Source: Parcubacteria bacterium C7867-005 (GTDB lineage: Bacteria; Patescibacteriota; Minisyncoccia; Phycocordibacterales; Zambryskibacteraceae). Taken from it: a stretch of 64,000 nt of DNA. The stretch's first letter is position 1. Every line of letters starts with the position of its first letter. This document shows positions 58,635 through 64,000 of the stretch, piece by piece. The notes beneath the pieces are model-generated. The model was given only the letters and a program-made list of their open reading frames with translations. It was not told the DNA's origin and ran no database searches. The DNA lies in NCBI GenBank assembly GCA_001189165.1, contig LFCO01000001.1:221592-285591 (forward strand). Direction: 5' to 3'. The position numbers were made by a program, and so were the translations under genes.

Positions 58635-59948
58635 TTAGCCTGTCCAGTGATAAGCCATGATACTGAAGTCTACTAGATCTATCTTATTGTCGCCATTTAA
58701 CTTGCTTGCTTCGATAATTTTAAAAGTGTCGCTGAGTGTGCGTCTATACCAAAAAGCAGCGATAGAAAAATCAACCAGGTTAATCCTGCAATCCGCATTC
58801 AGATCAGCCTTGACCGGACAATTTTCTGGACCATATGCTACATTTTTTGTGCCCACGATAAACCCTGCGGTGCTACTAAAAGAACTCACTTCACCAGAAA
58901 CAGAAGCCTTTGACTTGGCCGTATGCTTGCCTAATTCAAGAAGAGCACTATCAAAAGTCAGAAGATAGACACCGTCTCCATCTGACTGTTTTTTTACAAA
59001 GTACTCTGGTTCAGAATTTATGTTTATCATAATCTCTGATTCTGGAGAGCTCTGCCCGAATATGTTGATCGTATCTCCTCTTTTCACTTCACTCTTGTCT
59101 ACTGCGATGGTCGGGGCGATGAAAATACCACTTATCTCTGTTGTCACACCAGAAGTTATAAAAACTGGAAATGTAAATAAACTGGATCTAATTTTGTTTA
59201 TATCTTCGCTATATAGAGAGAAAGAATAATCAGCCTCATCAAGGCCCATAACACTCGCCTTAAATTTACTGTCGGGACCAGCAATCGTCGAAAGTGCCAG
59301 CTGTCCGTCTTTTAAGATACTAACTCTACTCAAGGGATATGCTCGACCTGAAAATGTAACCCCTGTATCAGAACTGCCACCACCCCCTCCCCCCCCGCCG
59401 CCTCCACCTCCGCTTGGTGGCGGTGTAGAAGCAACTGGAGTACTTGATACTTGTGTAGAAGTGGCTATGAAGTTACCCAAACCGTCAATCACTCTTATGA
59501 CGAAGTAATAAGTCGTATTGTTAGTAAGACTGGTCACAGTATTTGAGAGAACATTACCGACGTTAGTGTACGTATACGGGCCTCCAGAAATAGTTGATCT
59601 CCCCACGGTATAACCAGAGACGGCCCATCCTAGACCGGCATCTGCACTGGTCCAGGTCAAGGAGACTTGGCCGTCTCCTGGTGTTGTAGATACTGTCGGA
59701 GTTGTGACATAAGGAAAATACAAAAATCCGCCGAAGAGGTTTTGGCTAGCCGCAGTCGAAGTGCCTATGGCTATCTGAGACATCACTCCTGACAGTGAAA
59801 AGCTCGGAGACGTTGAGTACCCGCCAGGAAACATCACTGGATTCGTGACGGTAAAGCTCGGTGAAGAAAAATCTTGTGCCAGGGCAACAGAGGAAAAAAC
59901 AAAAACCACAAAAAACAAAAAGAAAATTTTCTTTGAGGTACTAAACAT
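58635..59948 (-). CDS. Secreted protein with a signal peptide, an FN3-like domain, a Gly12 linker and a C-terminal dockerin (two Ca-binding repeats).
   Basis: Dockerin repeats DLNADCRINLVDFSI (D1,N3,D5,N9,D12 all present) and KLNGDNKIDLVDFSIMAYHW. FN3 region reads VSLTWTSADAGLGWAVSGYTV...TYYFVIRVIDGLGN. Confidence 0.65.
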   Translation of the reverse strand: MFSTSKKIFFLFFVVFVFSSVALAQDFSSPSFTVTNPVMFPGGYSTSPSFSLSGVMSQIAIGTSTAASQNLFGGFLYFPYVTTPTVSTTPGDGQVSLTWTSADAGLGWAVSGYTVGRSTISGGPYTYTNVGNVLSNTVTSLTNNTTYYFVIRVIDGLGNFIATSTQVSSTPVASTPPPSGGGGGGGGGGGGSSDTGVTFSGRAYPLSRVSILKDGQLALSTIAGPDSKFKASVMGLDEADYSFSLYSEDINKIRSSLFTFPVFITSGVTTEISGIFIAPTIAVDKSEVKRGDTINIFGQSSPESEIMININSEPEYFVKKQSDGDGVYLLTFDSALLELGKHTAKSKASVSGEVSSFSSTAGFIVGTKNVAYGPENCPVKADLNADCRINLVDFSIAAFWYRRTLSDTFKIIEASKLNGDNKIDLVDFSIMAYHWTG

Positions 59949-59989
59949 ATTAAAAGTATACCAAAGAAAATACCTCTAAATAAGTATTT

Positions 59990-60391
59990 TTATTCTTGGC
60001 TTTGGAGCGCACTCATGTTCAGCGAAGAGATCTCTATGATTTTTTTGATCGAAGGTCTCCACAATATAGCTTTCTTTGAATTTTCATAGATTAGAACTTT
60101 ATCTCCTATCTCTGAGTTAGCAAAGAATGCTTGGTTTTTTAATTTCTCTGGTTCAGAAACCGTAGCTAAGGACGGTATCTCATCCTTGGGTAATACAACC
60201 AACTTACCTACATCAGCGACTATTTTTTTGATCTCTATCTCTGTTGCCTTGGCTGGATTAGCTAGATACCTGACTCGAGAATACAAATACCCTGAAAGAG
60301 AGACGAAAATGATGGAGGTCAATAATAATACATTTATTAGTATCCTTGCCTTCCGTGGTAGCTGTTTGAATCTGTCCATGATGTTTTTCAT
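59990..60391 (-). CDS. Hypothetical small membrane-anchored protein.
   Basis: TM ILINVLLLTSIIFVSLSGYL. No family recognised. Confidence 0.35.
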   Translation of the reverse strand: MKNIMDRFKQLPRKARILINVLLLTSIIFVSLSGYLYSRVRYLANPAKATEIEIKKIVADVGKLVVLPKDEIPSLATVSEPEKLKNQAFFANSEIGDKVLIYENSKKAILWRPSIKKIIEISSLNMSALQSQE

Positions 60392-60399
60392 ATGACAAA

Positions 60400-63300
60400 T
60401 TATAGCTGTTCTGGTTCAGGTTGTGAAGCTTCTTGCGTAGGTTCCGCCTGTTGTGGTTCAAGAGCTGTTTCCGATTGTTGCGAGACTTCTACTACCTCTG
60501 TTTCTGGTAGGACTGGAACATCAATGGGTGTTTCTGTTGGGGTCTCTTCAACAGAAAGTTCTGGTTCAGCATCCTCTATTGTAGATTCTTCTACTACTTC
60601 TGTAGTTGTAGCTGTGGTTTCTGTAGCTGTTGTGGTAGCGGCATCTTCTGTGGTTACTGTTGTGGGCAGCACTTCTGGGGCAATCTCTGTCGGAGGAACA
60701 ACCGCCGTCTCTTCATCTATAGAGCTAAACAAGACGGCACCTTTGGTGGACAGTGCGATCCAACTGAAGCTTACATCTTCGGATATTGGTTTGTTGAGAA
60801 GGATAGTGAATCCGTGTACTCCCTTTCTGGTGACGATAAACCTGATGTCTTTTTCAAACACCATCTCCTCTACCGTGTTTGTAGAAGAAGAATTCTCGAG
60901 GGCGATAGTGGCACTCACTATTGGTGTCTCTATGTACTCCTTCTCAAACACGATGTCTACTGACCTACTGCCTGCTCTGACCACTGCGCTACCAGCCGTA
61001 TCTTTGGTGAAGTATGGTCGACCGAAGAACGTAGTATCACCGATGATGTTTATATTTATATCCTCACTGCCTATACTATCTACAACCAAACCTCCAGAGA
61101 AGACGGCGTGGCCCTCGATGACCAGACCACCCAAGGTTCGCAGGATACCAGACAAGAAAGCGTTGCCTGTATTGTCGAACGAGACTGCCACCGTACTCGT
61201 CGCTGTGCTGGTGGACAAATCACTGCCAATTATTGAATTGATCAGGATAGAGTCAGTAACTACTTCTCTTGTGACCAACTTCTCTGTATTCATGATCAGG
61301 CCAGAAATGCTGTCTGCCTTTATATTTCTACTAAATATACTTGGAGAGATAATCTCTGTGACCGCGGTCAGCCGATCTGCGAAGACTTCTGACTTGTATG
61401 AAGAGATGTTCGATCTCTCTGCCCTTAACCTGTCGAGGAATCCAAGGACTCTGTCTTGGCTCGATCCTCCAGAAGTAGTTTGGCTATCGACACTCAAACC
61501 ACTCTCATCTACAAGACCGTTTTTGTATGTGACTATCACATCATCTATGGGTTCACCGAGGTAGTCCGCCAGGTTCACAAACACCATGATCTTGCCACAC
61601 TTTCTACCGGGGATCTGTGTATCACTTGGAGGACAGTCAGTGAGAGTTGCCTCGCTCATGGATTCAAGCGCATGGCCGATGATATGCCCAGCGAGGGTCG
61701 CTTTCATCGCATACCCAGAGACACTGGCTGGGGTTATCCTGTCTCCAGATTTGATCATCCCGTTCTCTGTAGAAACCTTGACCGGCACACGACCGACGAG
61801 TGCAACAGGGTAAGAATTCTCTGTGTATGCACCAGCCACAAAGCCAGGATCAGTAGAGACAACGCCGAGCGCATCATGTTGATACTGATAAGTAGTCTTC
61901 TTTACTCCATGATTATTCTGTGGGTCTATGGACACAACATCCCCAAAGTCCAACTCCTCTTGTGAGGTGTACCTCTCGGCTAGGTCGGCGCCTGAAGTGT
62001 TGATTGTACCTCCGACCTGAGTATAGACATCTCCAGATGAGCTAACTCTGAAGAGCGACAAGCCGTCTGCTTGGAGGTTAATCAAATCTTTGTCCTTGGT
62101 CACCTTGAATTCCGTGAGGATGGGGGTCTTCGGTGGTCTATATGCGAATATCTTTCCAGATGAACCAACGGAGTCTGGGTTGTAAAAGTTTGAATAAGTG
62201 TTGAATATTCTACGGAAACTAAAGTCTATCTGGAGCCATACATCTGTAGCAGATGGGTTTATCAGTCCACCAGATGAAGCGATCTCCCTCGGTGTAGTCG
62301 TCCCTAGAGCGGCTTGGGTTGGAGCTGTCCTCACCTGTGCGGTGATGCCCGAACCTGTGTTTGCTTTCCAAACCAAAGTCGAATTCGAATCGAGTTTAGT
62401 GCCCACAGGAGAGAGGTTGAACTGTTCTGTCTTATAAGTACCGTTGGCCGCCCAGCCAGCATCAAGTACCTGCACAACAGTACCAGTCGTTGTTGTTGCC
62501 GCACCAGTGACCACGACGAACTTACCATCGTCTCTCTGGAAAGCGAGACCTCCGGAGTTCACCGCCGTGAGGAATGTTGGGCCCGTAGAAATCCATCTAC
62601 CAATACCTGCTAGTCCGTTTGCGGTAAAGGCTCCTGTTTCTTCATCGTAGAAATATGTGGCTGTAGAACCTGCCCCTGGAGAAATCAACCACATGCCATT
62701 TGGGGTAGGCACTGCAAATGCCCCGAGTCCAATACCGGTGGGAGCATTAGTTCCTGCCACCAAATTTTTACCAATTGGGTTATAAATAGACGTTACTACA
62801 CCAACAGCGCAAGTTCCTGCTGTGGTTGCGCCATTCAATATCACCCACTGACCATCTTTTCTTTGAAAGGCAAGGGCTCCTGGTCCATTACCAGTTGCTG
62901 GAGCTAGGCCGGTGTTTGCTGAGAAGGTCATAGTGTATGGGTTAAACAAGTTGGTGACAGTTTGTGTGGTGCATTGTATCCCTGTATTACCCGCAATGAT
63001 CAGGAAAGTGCCGTCTGCATTAGGGATGGCCAGTGCCCCTTCTCCGATTGTCGCTTGAGCAGATGGGCCAACGGTCATGGTGTTTTGGAGTGGGTCGTAG
63101 ATGGACGTGGTGGTCGCATAATCCCCGTGGATGATAAGAGAACGACCGTTTGGAAGGGGGATGGTCAATGCTCCCTTACCAGAAGGCGAGGTCAGATCAG
63201 GACCAAGGGAAAAGGTGTCAGCCACCGGATCAAAGATGTTCGTGGTTCGGACAGTCGAAGTAGATCTGCTCAATGAGTTGCCCATCACTATGAGGAATTT

Positions 63301-64000
63301 ACCATCCGGTCTCTTGATAGTGAGGGATCCGTTACCTATCACTGTTGTAGGGGTTGTGCCCAGTGCTGTGAATGTCTGTAGGGTTGGATCATACAACTGA
63401 GCGTTCGGTGTGGCGTTGCCCGCGATCAGGACGAACTTGCCATCTGGCCTCTTCATCACCAGGGTGGTAGAACCTGTGCCCGTTGCGAGTACCGAATGAG
63501 AACCAATACCTCCATTATATGTTCCTGGAGCGGCGTTAGCTGCTGTGACGTTCGCGTTCAAAGTCGCACCGAGGCCGTCTCTGATCAAAGATAATCCTAT
63601 ACCCTTCTCAAGATTGTTCGTCATATTCAAAGTAATAGGACCAGACTGGGGAGCTGTAGTAGATGCTGTGGCCATACCAAACGTGAACTGGTCTCTCTTG
63701 AGTGCCGTGCCGTTATCTATGGTGAAGTCATAAAGTGCTGGGTCTTTGTCTATCATCGGATAGTTAGGGGTGCCCGACTTTCTAATGCCCCATTCTTGTT
63801 GAATAGCTTTTGGTAAATCTTTTTTAAAGAATACTTTCACCTGGACCTGATTATCAGCTGTTGTCGTCGCACCAACTAAACCGCCACTCGTAGGGATATC
63901 TCTATATGTTGCAGAAGAACATGGGGCAGGACTTGTAGATGTTCTGATCTGGAAGCTCATAACACCTTCTTGGTTTGTGTTCCAGTTTAGAGTCGAATCA
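60400..64000 (-). CDS. Very large (>1186 aa) surface protein. It has a seven-repeat beta-propeller-like region, a phage tail-fibre/chaperone-like segment and a T/E/P-rich acidic C-terminal tail. The N-terminus extends beyond the window end.
   Basis: Seven ~45-aa repeats of the form L.[IM]KRPDGKF.LI.GN. Central ADLAERY...GDVVSIDP...GVVSTDPGFV block. C-terminus reads TTVTTEDAATTTATETTATTTEVVEES. No stop codon between 63961 and 64000 in frame upstream of the first Met. Confidence 0.6.
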   Translation of the reverse strand, partial: DSTLNWNTNQEGVMSFQIRTSTSPAPCSSATYRDIPTSGGLVGATTTADNQVQVKVFFKKDLPKAIQQEWGIRKSGTPNYPMIDKDPALYDFTIDNGTALKRDQFTFGMATASTTAPQSGPITLNMTNNLEKGIGLSLIRDGLGATLNANVTAANAAPGTYNGGIGSHSVLATGTGSTTLVMKRPDGKFVLIAGNATPNAQLYDPTLQTFTALGTTPTTVIGNGSLTIKRPDGKFLIVMGNSLSRSTSTVRTTNIFDPVADTFSLGPDLTSPSGKGALTIPLPNGRSLIIHGDYATTTSIYDPLQNTMTVGPSAQATIGEGALAIPNADGTFLIIAGNTGIQCTTQTVTNLFNPYTMTFSANTGLAPATGNGPGALAFQRKDGQWVILNGATTAGTCAVGVVTSIYNPIGKNLVAGTNAPTGIGLGAFAVPTPNGMWLISPGAGSTATYFYDEETGAFTANGLAGIGRWISTGPTFLTAVNSGGLAFQRDDGKFVVVTGAATTTTGTVVQVLDAGWAANGTYKTEQFNLSPVGTKLDSNSTLVWKANTGSGITAQVRTAPTQAALGTTTPREIASSGGLINPSATDVWLQIDFSFRRIFNTYSNFYNPDSVGSSGKIFAYRPPKTPILTEFKVTKDKDLINLQADGLSLFRVSSSGDVYTQVGGTINTSGADLAERYTSQEELDFGDVVSIDPQNNHGVKKTTYQYQHDALGVVSTDPGFVAGAYTENSYPVALVGRVPVKVSTENGMIKSGDRITPASVSGYAMKATLAGHIIGHALESMSEATLTDCPPSDTQIPGRKCGKIMVFVNLADYLGEPIDDVIVTYKNGLVDESGLSVDSQTTSGGSSQDRVLGFLDRLRAERSNISSYKSEVFADRLTAVTEIISPSIFSRNIKADSISGLIMNTEKLVTREVVTDSILINSIIGSDLSTSTATSTVAVSFDNTGNAFLSGILRTLGGLVIEGHAVFSGGLVVDSIGSEDININIIGDTTFFGRPYFTKDTAGSAVVRAGSRSVDIVFEKEYIETPIVSATIALENSSSTNTVEEMVFEKDIRFIVTRKGVHGFTILLNKPISEDVSFSWIALSTKGAVLFSSIDEETAVVPPTEIAPEVLPTTVTTEDAATTTATETTATTTEVVEESTIEDAEPELSVEETPTETPIDVPVLPETEVVEVSQQSETALEPQQAEPTQEASQPEPEQL

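Noticed and set aside
1-64000. Looked for CRISPR arrays, rRNA genes and IS/transposase genes.
   Set aside because: No direct-repeat/spacer periodicity, rRNA-like conserved blocks or transposase/integrase-like ORFs were seen.
1-64000. Alternative genetic code (UGA=Gly, code 25) as in some CPR lineages.
   Set aside because: Long core ORFs such as rpoC and rpoB are intact under the standard code. TGA is used as a terminal stop (pheS-like gene at 33646, islet-3 gene at 30468) together with TAA/TAG. So code 11 applies.

Overview
The window is a low-GC (~38-42%) stretch of a small-genome bacterium whose gene content and architecture fit Candidate Phyla Radiation/Patescibacteria. Almost all of it is densely packed core genes, mostly on the minus strand. 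It contains a transcription and replication block (rpoB-rpoC-dnaG-rpoD), trmD, a KH protein, rpsP, rnr, a short SMC, rnc, a NusB-NUDIX fusion, rpmF, rnhB, a pilin, dnaE, a short thrS, gyrB and a single-chain pheS. It also has tRNA-Thr, tsf, rpsB, prfA, rpmE and rplY, a pentose-phosphate/glycolysis cluster (fba, a PfkB kinase, split tkt, rpe, rpiB, gap) and a B12-dependent ribonucleotide reductase. Three things stand out:
1. Three short GC-rich islets (~55-60% GC) each carry small, complete genes with their own hairpin terminators. Two have AGG/CTC/AAG/GAG-biased codon usage, and one carries REP-like palindromes. These look horizontally acquired.
2. A ~320-bp GC-rich, highly self-complementary non-coding region lies directly upstream of rpoB.
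3. The right end holds a surface cluster: three membrane-anchored cohesin-domain proteins, a secreted FN3/dockerin protein and a >1186-aa beta-propeller protein. This is a candidate non-cellulosomal cohesin-dockerin display system.
The helicase at the left edge and the giant protein at the right edge are truncated by the window.
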